A model generated the notes under the pieces. That model did no database searches. It was not told where the DNA came from and was given only the letters and a program-made list of their open reading frames with translations. Positions 25,529 to 37,670 of a stretch of 64,000 nucleotides of DNA are shown one piece after another. Location of the stretch: contig NC_058373.1 in assembly GCF_018350175.1 (NCBI RefSeq), positions 110,734,001-110,798,000 on the forward strand. The letters are read 5' to 3'. This DNA is from Felis catus. Taxonomy: Eukaryota. The position numbers were made by a program, and so were the translations under genes. Each line of letters begins with the position of its first letter. The stretch's first letter is position 1.

Positions 25529-25766
25529 GGGGCGCCTGGGTGGCTCAGTCGGTTGAGCATCCGACTTCAGCTCAGGTCATGATCTCACGGTCCATGAGTT
25601 CGAGCCCCGCGTCGGGCTCTGTGCTGACAGCTCAGAGCCTGGAGCCTGTTTCAGATTCTGTGTCTCCCTCTCTCTCTGCCCCTCCCCTGTTCATGCTGTG
25701 TCTCTCTCTGTCTCAAAAATAAATTAAAAAAAAAACAAAACACGTTAAATTAAAAAATAAATAAAT
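25529..25766 (+). mobile_element. Can-SINE
   Basis: TSD aaaaacaaaactta at 25515-25528 and 25767-25780. Confidence 0.95.
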
Positions 25767-27346
25767 AAAAACAAAACTTAGATTTCATGATTTTATAAAA
25801 GCAGCCATGTGTACTAAACTCTCACCTTGTTTATTCCTGGGGCTTTGGGGTCACTGGCTAGGGTGGCACCTTTGATCTTCAGCTTTCTTATGGCATGCTT
25901 TAGGGCCAGTCACTTAACTGCTCAGCAGCACCTCAGCTTTCACGTTTGTAAAGATGGAGGTCACGCTAGTGCTCTGCATGGTTGTCATGGGGACGAGAAG
26001 AAGGCACTAGAGAAGCAGCCCACAGAGTGGATAAAGCCTGGCCCTGGAGCCAGAGTGCCTGGGTTTGAATTTTGGTTGCACGCCTTGCAAGGCGTGTGAC
26101 CTCAGACATGTTAATTATGTTCTCTGAAACTCAGTTTCATCTCCTCATAGTTAGTGTCCCTGTGGCCCTCGGACAGTGCCCGGTTAATGAAGATGGCTGA
26201 GCACAGTGCCGGGCACATAATAGGTGGTCATTCTTTTCTCCTCCCCTCCCAGAGGGAGCCATTTCTGCATCCGTCTGACGGATGCACAGGACCCTGGCCT
26301 GTCGCACCCTGTATCATCTTGTGATAAATCTGGAGAAGCCAAGCATTCTTCTGAGTTGCGCCAAAGACATGTAAACTTTTTCTTTATTGGTCCCTAGAAT
26401 CACCACAGGTTGACCCACCCAACCCCGTATATGGAGCCTGCTCTCCCCTCACGCCCTGGTTTGCATGTCAGGGATAACAAGTACAAGCCCAGTCCAGGTC
26501 TGGCCCCTATTCCCAGGTCTAGAACAGTGTGGTCTCCTGTCTGGCTTGACTCAGGGTGCTTTGTTCAGTTCTGTGGCCTGGACTCTAGCTCCTGAAACCT
26601 CTCTGAGGCCTGCTTGGACCTGTTTTTTTCTTGTGTTTATTATTCTCAGCTCACTTGCTAGCCTCTCAACTCTGCATGCCAGACCCAGTCACCTTCTCCA
26701 TTTGGACACACCCCAGCCTCTGGGAGGGGAGGCCAGCCCTCTCCGCCCACCCCCCCCCCCCCCCCCCCGCAGCTCTGAAGCTCACAGAGGGAGGTGGGGG
26801 GGGGGGGTAGGGGCCAGAGTCTGAACTGGGAAGAGGAGGAGCCTGAATCCCACCACTGGTGAGAAGTTGAAAACAAAGACAGTAAAGGTCTACAGGTCCT
26901 GCTTCTGGAAGCGCCTTTGTCTTGTGGCAGTTCCAGGCCCGGGATCCCAGAAATAGAAGAGACGTTACAGCTCCTTGAGGCCCACTGTAGCCTCATCCGG
27001 AGCAAGAGGCCACATTATGGCCTTCAAGACGGGTGGCCCTCTAGGCCCTGTGTGCATGTGCTCTGTAATAGAGCACTCACTACCTCTGCGCCCTGCCCAT
27101 GTTATTGCTGAGCCCCTGCACCAGCTGGAAATGCATGTGGCTTCCGGAACGTTGACCCAGTGTTCCTAGTCCCTTTCCTGTATGATGGTCGATTTGAGCA
27201 ATTATCCTACTCCATCCCCCTACGATCCTCCACTTCTCCAGGCTAAACACCCTCATGATAGCTCACGTAACATGGTTTCCAGACCCCTCCCCATTCACTG
27301 GGCTTCTTTCATGTCCACAGAAGAGCAACTGTAACAATAACAGCAA

Positions 27347-27545
27347 GAGGCACCTGGGTGGCTCAGTCGGTTGAGCACCCAGTTTTGGCTCAGGTCATGG
27401 TCTCACAGAACGTGGGTTCGAGCCCTGCGTCGGGCCCTGTGCTGATAGCTTGGAGCCTGGACACAGCCTGGATTCTGTGTCTCTATCTCTCTCTGCCCCT
27501 TCCCCTCACACTCTTTTTCACTGTCCCTCATAAAAAATAAAATAA
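27347..27545 (+). mobile_element. Can-SINE
   Basis: Head, body and tail; flanking aataacagca repeats. Confidence 0.9.
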
Positions 27546-27759
27546 AATAACAGCAGAGCCAGCAAATATTTAGGGAACTATTGTGTGGTGGGCATCTCAG
27601 CAGGTTCAGTGTGTATGGTGGGGGGCGTGGGGGAGCACACAGGTATCACTGATCTTCAGGGAGCCGACCATAGAGGTGAGAAGGAGACAGCTTGCCCTCA
27701 CGTTTGCAGGCCAGTGGGGGGCCACCCGCCATATACCTAATATTAAAAGTCTAACAGTT

Positions 27760-28062
27760 GGGGGGTGATAGCTAAAGGATATGAAGTTTCATTTTGAGGT
27801 GATGAGATGTTCAAAAATGACTGCAGTGAAGGTTGTACATATCTGTGAACGTACCAAACGCCACTGAGGGGCACCTGGGTGGCACAATCAGTTGAACATC
27901 CGACTCTTGATTTCTGCTCATGATCTCATGGTTGAGCTCCACTGAGCATGGACCCTGCTTGAGATTCTCTCTCTCTCTCTGTCTCTCTCTCCCACCCCCA
28001 CCCTGCTCCTTAGCCCCACTCATGGGCACACACACACACACACACTCTCTCTCTCTCTCTAG

Positions 28063-28102
<40 letters not shown>

Positions 28103-28232
28103 GTCTATCTACCTACCTACCTATCGAGAGAGATACATACATACATACATACACAAAACATTGAAGTCTCGACCTCAAATGGGCAAATTGTATAGAGTGT
28201 GATTTACATCTTAATCAAGCTGCTTAAGATTT
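27760..28232 (+). mobile_element. Short L1 3' fragment carrying a Can-SINE (27868-28155) with a compound microsatellite tail
   Basis: TSD ttaaaagt(c/t)taacagtt at 27743-27759 and 28233-28249; (CA)n(CT)n(ATCT)n(ACCT)n(ACAT)n at 28027-28153. Confidence 0.8.
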
Positions 28233-28629
28233 TTAAAAGTTTAACAGTTAACTAAAATATATTCTATCTTCCTATCATGAAAGTATTCCTTCATAATGAC
28301 CCAGAAAGCCAGATTTGAAGATAAGAGTTGTCAGAGTCCTTAGAGTTCTGCACGGGAATATGGCAGCCCAGGGAGAGCTGGTCTGGTCTCCGTCTTCCTA
28401 CACCCAGCTCTGTCCTGTACCCTCAGAGAGCTCAAGCATGCCATTGGAGTCTAGTTCTTGAGTTCCAGCTCCATCCACAGCCCCCCACCCCTCGGCCACC
28501 CTTAGGAGTAGGGGTGTGCACTTTGGTGGTAGGGTCTGACTTGGGAAGTCGGATCCAAGGAAGACATCATCACAGGCCCAAGTGGGCTAGTGACCTTTTG
28601 ACCAGGGAATTCAAGAGCATGGTCCAGAG

Positions 28630-28840
28630 CAGTGCTCTGCAATAGAACATTCTATGTATTGGAAATGCTCCATATCTGTACTGTCAGATATGGTGGTCAC
28701 TATCTTCAGGTGGCAATTGAGCCCTTGAAATGTGGCTAGTGCACCTGAGGAATTGAATTTTTAATTAAAAATGTTTAGGTAAGTAACCCTGAAATCTAAA
28801 TTTCACATGCAGCTAGTGGCTACCATATTAGGTAGCAGAG
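28630..28840. mobile_element. MER3-like hAT non-autonomous DNA transposon
   Basis: 'caatagaacattct...ttgaaatgtggctagtgcacctgaggaattgaattttt...cacatgcagctagtggctaccatatt'; a second copy in opposite orientation at ~38830-39024. Confidence 0.75.
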
Positions 28841-30183
28841 GTCTAGAAAACAGTGGAGTGGGCGTGGCTCTGAATGGACATGTCCTGTTGACTCTGTTGA
28901 CTTCATCCCATGGGCAGAGGGTGGGGGTGGGGGGGTGGGGGAGTGGTCCTGGAGGAGGATCAGAGCGGGGCTCCCAGGGCTCAGGAAGATACTAGAGAGG
29001 GAAATGAGATTTGTTCTCAAAAGGAAACTGCCTTATGAGGCTGCTTATTCCTGGCCAGCCGAGCTCTCTGGATCTCTGAGGAGAGAGAAGCAGATGGCTG
29101 TGGGCCGAGGGAGGGTGGGTGGCCTGAGGGCACCCCCAGACAAGTCCTCCTGAGATCTTCGCAGGGACCTATTTCACGTTAGAGGCCTGCTTTGGTAGCT
29201 CAGGCCTGCTAGTACTGTGGGTCTTGGCAGAGAGAGAAGGCTCTGTTATTTTTTCTGCGGAGGCCATGTGAACGGGGCAGGCCATGAACATAGTTTCCAT
29301 GGCATAATCTGACTATAAAGCCCTGTGTGTCTGTGGGGGAGGGATGAGGAGAGGCCCTCAGCCTGGCCTCAGTCAGGACTGGGCATGGGCCCAGGAGGCA
29401 CATTCCCTCCCGATTCCTGCAGGGTCCTGAGCAGTGAGGCAGGGAGGGCCGTGCCTGGCTGGCCTGAACCTTTGGAAGCTCATCTGGCCGCTGACCGGGG
29501 TGAGGGTGTTGGCTCTTCCAGACGCCTGGATGTGAGGTAGAGGAAAGATAATCTCCCGAGAACTGGGCCGGGTTGAGACTCAGGAAGAACACAGGATGTA
29601 AATTCATGGGGAGGCAAAGCAGAGGCAGGCAAAGGAGAAGCCTCCTCGCCTCCACTTGGCTACTGGCTCCCTCCTGCAAAACAGAAGCTCCCTGCGGGCT
29701 GGCTGGGCCCGGCCCCCAAACCGGGTAATTTGCCTACGGGGGTTCTGGGCAGGTTCACTGAGCACCTTTCGCTCCTGGAGAAGGGACACCTCTCAAGAGG
29801 CCACCTTGCTAGCTGCAGAAAGCTGGGACTTCTCAGACAGCAGTCAGGGACGCAGAGCATGGAACATTTATTAACCAACTATTAGGTACTAGGCTTTGTG
29901 CTAAGCATTTTGCATTTTTAATTTCACTTGAGACCATATAGATTAATAATCCTCATAATAGCTAATCGTTCTTGAGTGCCTATCAAAGTACCAGATTTCC
30001 ATTTACTGAATGCTCACAAGCCCCCTGTCTAGGGGGTGAGGGGAGCTACTGTCTCATCTGTAATTTTGCTTTTGCTTTGCCTTGTGTCACTTAGCCAGGA
30101 AATGTGCCAGTCGGGATTTGAACACAGACTCTCTGACCCCACATCCCCTGCTCTTAACCGTTGATTTTCCCAACACATGTTCT

Positions 30184-30413
30184 TTTTTTTTTTTTTTTAA
30201 TTTTTTTTTTTAACGTTTATTTTATTTTTGAGACAGGGAGAGACAGCATGAACGGGGGAGGGTCAGAGAGAGAGGGACACACAGAATCTGAAACAGGCTC
30301 CAGTCTCTGAGCTGTCAGCACAGAGCCCGATGCGGGGCTCGAACTCACGGACCGTGAGATCATGACCTGAGCCGAAGTCGGACGCTTAACCGACCGAGCC
30401 ACCCAGGCGCCCC
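30184..30413 (-). mobile_element. Can-SINE
   Basis: TSD tcccaacacatgttct at 30168-30183 and 30414-30429. Confidence 0.95.
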
Positions 30414-31315
30414 TCCCAACACATGTTCTGAATGTAGGTTTTGTGAGGCTCCCCCTGGGAGCCTTCAAAATGGTCCCTCAGCTCTGAATGATCCAGTTTG
30501 TCCCAGACCTCTTGCTTTCCTTGTCTGCCCTGGCTCCATGGGGTCTTGAAGCTTGGAGTCTCAAAGGCGCCCTGTCCCGGGAGAGTGGCCGTCCCTTTGC
30601 CTGCTCTAGGTTTGTTGTGACGTGCAGGGCGGCAGCCCCAGGCCATGGAGGTTGCCCGAGACAATCCCCCCTTTCTGAGGGTGCATCTCAGGCTGCAGCC
30701 GGTGCACACAATACCCTCTGTCTCCAGCAGGGCAGAAAGGCGCATTATTGCGGTTGGGTGACTGGGGCTCTGCTGGAGTGATTGATGTCTGTGGTCTGCA
30801 CGTCCCCCACCCTGTGCCTCCCCACTCCAGCGGGTCACCCGAGCCTGGGTTCGGAGAGGGTGAGGGGAGCTCAGGGCCTGAGAGTTCCTTCCTCTTGAGG
30901 CTCCTGCCTTGCCTCCATGTCAGATATGTCCCCTCCTCCTCCGTCGCCTCCTGTGGGCCCTTCCCTGGACCCACGTCTCACACTTCCAAGTCTTCGAGTG
31001 CTCAAAGTTAGAGTTTTCTGGAAAGCACACGACACCGTGCCTGGTACAATAGGCTCTCCCCAAATATGACTTTCTCTACTGTTTTCCTTTTCTGGCTTCT
31101 CATGTTTGGACTTTCTGTGCAGTTGGAGAAAATTTTGTCATCAGGAATTTTGACAGAGACCCTGAAAAACAAGTGTGTTCTTAATTGCAATAATAGCCCT
31201 GGCAGGTGCCAAGCACTGGGCCAAACCTGAACCTCATGACAGCTCTAGGAGGGCTGTGCTCCTGCCAGGCCCGTGTTAAGTGTAAGAAATGAAGGCTCAG
31301 AGGACTCGACTGTCT

Positions 31316-31529
31316 TTTTTTTTTTTTTTTAATGTTTACTTATTTTTGAGAGAGAGACAGAGCATGAGTGGGGGAGGGGCAGAGAGAGGGAGAGACGCAG
31401 AATCTGAAGCGGGCTCCAGGCTCTGAGCTGTCAGCACAGAGCCTGACGCGGGGCTCGAACTCATGAACCTTGAGATCCTGACCTGAGATGAAGTCAACTG
31501 CTTAACCAACTGAGCCACCCAGGTGCCCC
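31316..31529 (-). mobile_element. Can-SINE inserted in a MIR
   Basis: Reverse SINE with T-tail. Confidence 0.93.
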
Positions 31530-31633
31530 TCAGTTGTCTTGACCAAAGGGGCAAAACTAGTAAATGCCACAGCTGGAAGTCAAACTCGGGTCTCAGGTTC
31601 AGTACACGTGCTTGGTCATCGTGTTCCTGTGAC

Positions 31634-32055
31634 CGTCTTAGTTTCCCAGGCCTGCCGTAATAGAGCACCCAAAACTGGGTGGCCCAGAACAACAGACATT
31701 TATTGTCTCCTGCTTCTGGAGGCTAGGAGTCTGAGATCAAGATGTTGATAGGGTTGGTTCCTTTTGAGGGCTGTGAGGGAGAGTCTGTTCCATGCCTCTT
31801 GCCTAGTTTCTGGTAGTTTGCTGGCAATCTTTAGGGCTCCTTGGCTTGTAGATGCATCATCCTGTCCCTGCCAGATCTTCACGTGGTGTCCTTCTGTGCG
31901 CGTGTCGGTGTCTGTAACCAAATTTCCCCATTGTTAGCATACCAGTTGTGTTGGATTACGTCTGCCAAGATCTTATTTCCAAATAAAGTCACATTGACAG
32001 GTACTGAGGGTTAGGACTTCAACATCTTTTGGGGGGCAAAATTCAGCCCATAACA
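31634..32055 (-). mobile_element. Solo MaLR LTR (MLT1B/C-like)
   Basis: 'aacaacagacatttattgtctc...ttctggaggctaggagtctgagatcaag...ggttaggacttcaaca...aattcagcccataaca'; near-TSD gtgac/gtgcc. Confidence 0.85.
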
Positions 32056-32079
32056 GTGCCCTTCCCTGGAGACCCAGGC

Positions 32080-32313
32080 TTTTTTTTTTTTTTTTAATTT
32101 TTTTTTTTAACATTTATTTACTTTTGAGACAGAGAGAGACAGAGCATGAACGGGGGAGGGTCAGAGAGAGAGAGGGAGACACAGAATCTGAAACAGGCTC
32201 CAGGCTCCGAGCTGTCAGCACAGAGCCCGACGCGAGGCTCGAACTCACCAGCCGTGAGATCATGACCTGAGCCGAAGTTGGACGTTTAACCGACTGAGCC
32301 ACCCAGGCGCCCC
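32080..32313 (-). mobile_element. Can-SINE
   Basis: Reverse SINE flanked by ccaggcttttt. Confidence 0.95.
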
Positions 32314-32414
32314 ATCCAGGCTTTTTTAAGACCATCAAGAGGAGATGATGTTTCCCTCAGCTCCAGGGGCAAGAAAATCTCTCGTCAGGACCCCTTTCAC
32401 TTGCTCACATAGTG

Positions 32415-32416
<2 letters not shown>

Positions 32417-32464
<48 letters not shown>
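32417..32464. repeat. (CA)n microsatellite
   Basis: Pure dinucleotide run. Confidence 0.97.
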
Positions 32465-32466
<2 letters not shown>

Positions 32467-33254
32467 GGCAGCAATGGTCAGGATAGAGGCTGGACTGCCA
32501 CATCAACATCTGGACCCAATGCAGTCAGTCTGGCACATCTGGCCAAGCCGAGGCATGGAGGGTGCCAGGTGCTCCGGCGGGATGGGGAGGAAGCAGCCAG
32601 CAGTGCAATCACTCAGCCCTCAGGGCGCCGCAGTTTGCACACAGCCACACCAAACCTGTTCTTAGAACATCCCCCTTTCCCTCCAGTCCCTCCACCCTTC
32701 CCAGACTCATCCCCCTCGCCCCTCTCCTGCCCTCCCCGGCCTCATGCCCTCCCTGCAGTCTGGCCAGGGTGGAGGCAGGGGGCCTGTCCGTCTCTGCAGC
32801 TCTAGCTTTGGGCGCGGGAGTGACAGCTTACGGGGCACGGAGGGCAGAGGGAAGCAGCTTGCCAGCTGCGACGTGCATGGACTCTCTCAGCTGTACCTCC
32901 AGCTGCACCCAAGTTATCCCACTCGCTTAGTGACTGTCCCTGCTGGGTCTCACCCGGTTAGGTGGGCCCAAGTGGAATGTTGGGGTAGGGATGTTGCTTC
33001 CTGGGTCCCTGGCTTGAGGAGTGCAGTGGAGACTTGCAGCCCCCCGGGGCGTGGTAGCTCCTGTAGCCATCTGGCCGGCTGCCGTGGGGCCTTCTCTCCC
33101 AGCCTCTCCCCTCAGCTCCACCCAGACTGGCCCAGCCCCTGCCCTGCCTTCCCCTCCCGCTCCCCACAGAGGCTCCCATTCAACGGTCCCCTCAGCTTTC
33201 CGCCCGCCTCAGTCACTGGTTTCCCCCCCATCACGCCTCCGGGGCCTTCGTACA

Positions 33255-33515
33255 ATCACTCACACACATGTGACTTTACACGGTCGCACGTACACACATT
33301 CACATACAACCACACGCTCTTTACACACTCATAACTGTTCACACAGTCACACTCACACACAACCACACGCTTTCCACAGTCACTCACACACATGTTCACA
33401 CGTTCACACACACACTTTACAAGTCACACACAGTCACATGCTCACACACTCACACAAGGCTTGCACGCTCACGTATGTGCACACATTCACACATGCCCAC
33501 ATACACCCATAATAG

Positions 33516-33554
<39 letters not shown>
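33255..33554. repeat. Degenerate CA-rich low-complexity tract ending in pure (CA)n
   Basis: Interrupted cacac/cactc/cacat units over ~300 bp. Confidence 0.9.
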
Positions 33555-33556
<2 letters not shown>

Positions 33557-33980
33557 CTCATACAAGCTCCCAGAACCTCCCTGTTTAGGACTCTGCTGTG
33601 CCTAAGCAGGGCCTTCCTTGAGTCGGCTCTTTAGTGGGCTTACAAATGGCCCCCCTGGGATAAAGCACCCATTGCTGGGAGAAGGAAAACGAGACAGGAA
33701 GCAGTTGGGCCCGTCTCTTTCCGTCTAGAAGGAAAACTAGACGGAAGCACAGGGGCTAGAAGCCGGCCTGAATTTCCTGTTAAATCCCAGCTCCCCTATT
33801 TTATGTCTGTGGGAACTGAGGTACGTGCTTTATTTCTCCAAGTCTCAACTATCTCACTTGGAAAATGGGGATTATGTTATGTGTTTCACAGAGTTGTGCT
33901 AAAACTACAAAATGGATTTGAAAGATATAGCCTGACATACAAGAGGCATTTGTTATTATTTATTCAAAAATGTACTTGTA

Positions 33981-34453
33981 GGGGTGCCTGGGTGGCTCAC
34001 TCGGTTAAGGGTTCAAGTCTTGGTTTCAGCTCAGGTCATGATCTCGCCGTTCATGGGTTCAAGCCCTGAGTCCAGCTCTGCACGGTGCAGAGCCTGCTTG
34101 GGATTCCTCCCCGGCCCTCTGTCTCTGGCCCTCCCCAACTTGTACTCTTTCTCTCTCTCAAATAAATAAATAAAATAAATAATTTAAAAAATAAAAGTAT
34201 GGGGCGCCTGGGTGGCGCAGTCGGTTAAGCGTCCGACTTCAGCCAGGTCACGATCTCGCGGTCCGTGAGTTCGAGCCCCGCGTCGGGCTCTGGGCTGATG
34301 GCTCGGAGCCTGGAGCCTGTTTCCGATGCTGTGTCTCCCTCTCTCTCTGCCCCTCCCCCGTTCATGCTCTGTTTCTCTCTGTCCCAAAAAAAAAAAAAAA
34401 AAAAAAAAAAAAACGTTGAAAAAAAAAAAAAGAAACTCATTAAAAAAAAAATA
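33981..34453 (+). mobile_element. Older Can-SINE (33981-34185) with a young Can-SINE (34201-34453) inserted at its tail
   Basis: Inner TSD aaaaaataaaagt(a/g)t at 34186-34200 and 34454-34468; young copy fully CpG-rich. Confidence 0.95.
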
Positions 34454-34963
34454 AAAAAATAAAAGTGTAATTGTATTTACATTTACAAATAAGTTACAGT
34501 TACATGATTTAAAATTCAAAAGGCAGAAAAGGGTACGCAGTGATGTTTCCCTTCTACCGGGTCCCCAACCGCCCCCACCCCCTTCTTTCCCACAACCGAT
34601 GTTACCAGGTTCTTATGTTTCTTTCCAGAAACATTTTCATATAATGAGTAACCATGCATGCTCATATTATTTTTTCTTCCTTTCTTCCACAAACACTGTT
34701 CTGAGTCTTACTTCCCTCAGTTTTGACAATATATCTTGGAGAGTGCTTCATATCAGTACATAAAGGGCTTCCTCTCTGTTTTATGGCTGCATCAGATTCC
34801 ACCATATGGAAGTACCACCATCTACTAACTACATCTCAATGGATGGGACATTTAGGTTGTTTCCAGCCTTTTGCTATTTCAAACAAAGCTGCAGTGAAAA
34901 ATCTTCCATAGACATCATTTCCCACAGGTCTGAGGGATATCCATTAGTACTGTAAATACTGTT

Positions 34964-35094
34964 GGGGCACCTGAGTGGCTTGGTCAGTTGAGGGTCCGGC
35001 TTCAACTCCTGGCCTGTGAGTTCAAGCCCCACGTCAGGCTCTGTACTGACAGCTCAGAGCCTGGAGCCTGTTTTGGATTCTGTGTCTCCCTCTT

Positions 35095-35129
<35 letters not shown>

Positions 35130-35182
35130 GCCCTTCCCCAATTGTGCTCTGTCTCTGTCTCTCTCTCTCTCTCTCTCAAAAA

Positions 35183-35225
<43 letters not shown>

Positions 35226-35452
35226 ACAAACATTAATTTTTTTAATTTTTTTTTTTTAATTTTTATTTTTGAGACAGACAGAGAGCATGAACAGGGGAGG
35301 GGCAGAGAGAGAGGGAGACACAGAATCTGAAACAGGCTCCAGGCTCCGAGCTGTCAGCCCAGAGCCCGACGCGGGGCTCAAACTCACGGACGGTGAGATC
35401 ATGACCTGAGCCGAAGTCGGACGCTCAACCGACCAAGCCACCCAGGCGCCCC
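34964..35452. mobile_element. Tail-to-tail Can-SINE pair (+ 34964-35232; - 35236-35452)
   Basis: Outer TSD ta(c/t)tgtaaatactgt at ~34948-34962 and ~35475-35489; (AAAT)n tail on the first copy. Confidence 0.93.
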
Positions 35453-37110
35453 TAAATTTTTTTTTTTTAAAGAATATTGTAAATACTGTCAAATGGACAC
35501 CAAAAAGCCACTTTCCCTGGCAGGTGGGTCACTCCTTCTCTTAATAGGCAACCTTGGGCTGCAAGAAGTCTGATAAACTATGCTACATGCACGCCATAAA
35601 GCAACCCAGAAGACCCTTGCACTGGCCAAAGAGACAATCCTTTCCTTTTAATTCTTAACGTTTCAAATGGATTCAACCCACATGTAACGAGCTAACACTG
35701 CCCGGATGCACAAGGACGGTGAAAAATAAGTTCTAGATCTGCTGGGGAGAAGGGCATTTGCAAACCAAAGAGCATAGGGCTCATGCTCCATTCCATCAGC
35801 ACACGTTGGCTGGACACACACACAACCCGCTGCTACTGTGCTGGGGATAAGACATGTGGAGACAAGACGGGGCAGGCCCTGCCCTCAGGGAGCTTGCAGC
35901 GTATGGTGGAGTCAGACACAAAGCAAATCATTCTTGCACCAGCTAGGACGGAAAAACGGGGAGTGGAAAGAGCGTTCCTCAGTTTAGGCCAACCCCAGAG
36001 TTTTGAGACGGGCAGGGCCTCCCCTTGACTTCTTTTCCAACGCCCCTTCAGGTTTTCCCTGGAGCCACCCGGGAGCCTCAGCCTTCTTCCCTGGTTATCT
36101 TTCTATCTGTCCCCTCCTTTCCCTCACTGGCTCGGGGCAGGTGGAGGCCCAGGCCTGGGTCGGGAGGTGGAACAGCTGGAGCCACGGTGGTACCTCAGGT
36201 TCCTCCACTGCTACCTGACACCAGCCTCCCAGGCCTGGGAGAGCTGCTTGGGTCACCGGTGAGAGTGGGAGCTATAACGTGAGGGGAGCTCAGCCGTCAC
36301 CCACTCCGGTTTCTAGGGAGGGCGGGCTCAGGCCACAGCATCTGCTTGGGGCCGTGCTTATCAGAGCCAACTCGGGCTCGCCCTTCCGGACACACAGGAA
36401 AGCAGCTATCTGATAAGACTGGATGGCACCTAGCTGTCAGCCACTTAGTGTGGCAGCCCTCCCAGAAATATTTGCATATGAGATGACACCACGTTGAGGG
36501 CTTTGCTTAATGCAAAGGAGCGAATTGCTAATTATAGAGGTCGTGCAGGCTGCCTGGTGGGAAGATTTTATTTGGGTGGATCACAGGGGACCTTCCCGTT
36601 TTGGCAACAGTGTAGTTCCTTTAGGATGGTGGGCTCCATGATCTCTGCCCTTATTTGATTGTTGTTTTAACTGTGAGGAATCCGCAAAAAATGACACATT
36701 TGCTCAAGTGTGGGAACCCATCATGTTCCGCGCCCTCCTATGCACCAAACACCTTCCCAACCAGCTGTCCTCCGCGCCTTTTCGAAGGTCCTCTCCGTTG
36801 TGACAGTGGACCCACGGGGTGCGTAACGTAGCGTTGCCACACTGAGATAACCATACCCACAGAGTCACAATTATGTAAGCGTGGTGGGTTAGTTTTCAAC
36901 TTCTGGAATCAATCGACTGTGAAAGAGAAAGATGGAATTAAATGCTATCAACCGCAACAATATAAATGTAGAAATACAGCTGGCAGAAGTTGGGGTCCGA
37001 AGGGGACATCTCTGTGGAAAGCCAGGTGATGAAAGCAAGGAGACTGCGGAACATGGACCCAACCAAAAACCAAGCGAGCTTTAAGCACGCTGTTTAAAGT
37101 AACAATGATA

Positions 37111-37670
37111 GGGGTGCCTGGGAGGCTCCGTTGGTTGAGCGTCTGACCCTTGATTTCGGCTTAAAAACACATGACTAAATTTACCATCTTAACTACTGTC
37201 AGTGTACCGTCCAGCAGTGTTAACCATATTCACACTTGTGAATTGGTTAGATTTGTGCAACAAATCCCTAGAGCTTTTTCGTCTTGCAGAACTAACTCTA
37301 TAATCATCGAACCACTCCTTATCTTATCTCCCGCCCCACAGCCCCTGGCAACCACCATGCTACTTTCTGTATCTATGAATTTCACTTAACCTTAGATACC
37401 TCATGTAAATGGAAGCATGCAACATTTGTCTCATTTCACTTGGCATAATGTCTTCAAGGTCCATCCACATTGTATCATGTAACATGATTTCCTTCTTCTT
37501 TAGAGGTTGAATAATACTCCATTGTGTATATAGACCACATTTTCTTTTCTTTCTTTTTTTTTTTTTGTTTTTAGACCACATTTTCTTTATCCATTTTTCT
37601 ATGGATGAACATTTGAGTTGTTTCCACCTCTTGGGTATTGCAAATAATGTTGCAATGAATATGCATGCAG
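37111..37670. mobile_element. Can-SINE head only (37111-37161, +) joined to an old L1 3' fragment (~37162-37670, -)
   Basis: SINE stops after 'ttgatttcggct'; then reverse L1 motifs 'aaatttaccatcttaac' and 'gaataatactccattgtgtatatagaccacattt'. Confidence 0.8.

Noticed and set aside
32744..33634. His/Thr-rich ORFs
   Set aside because: Produced by the CA-rich low-complexity tract
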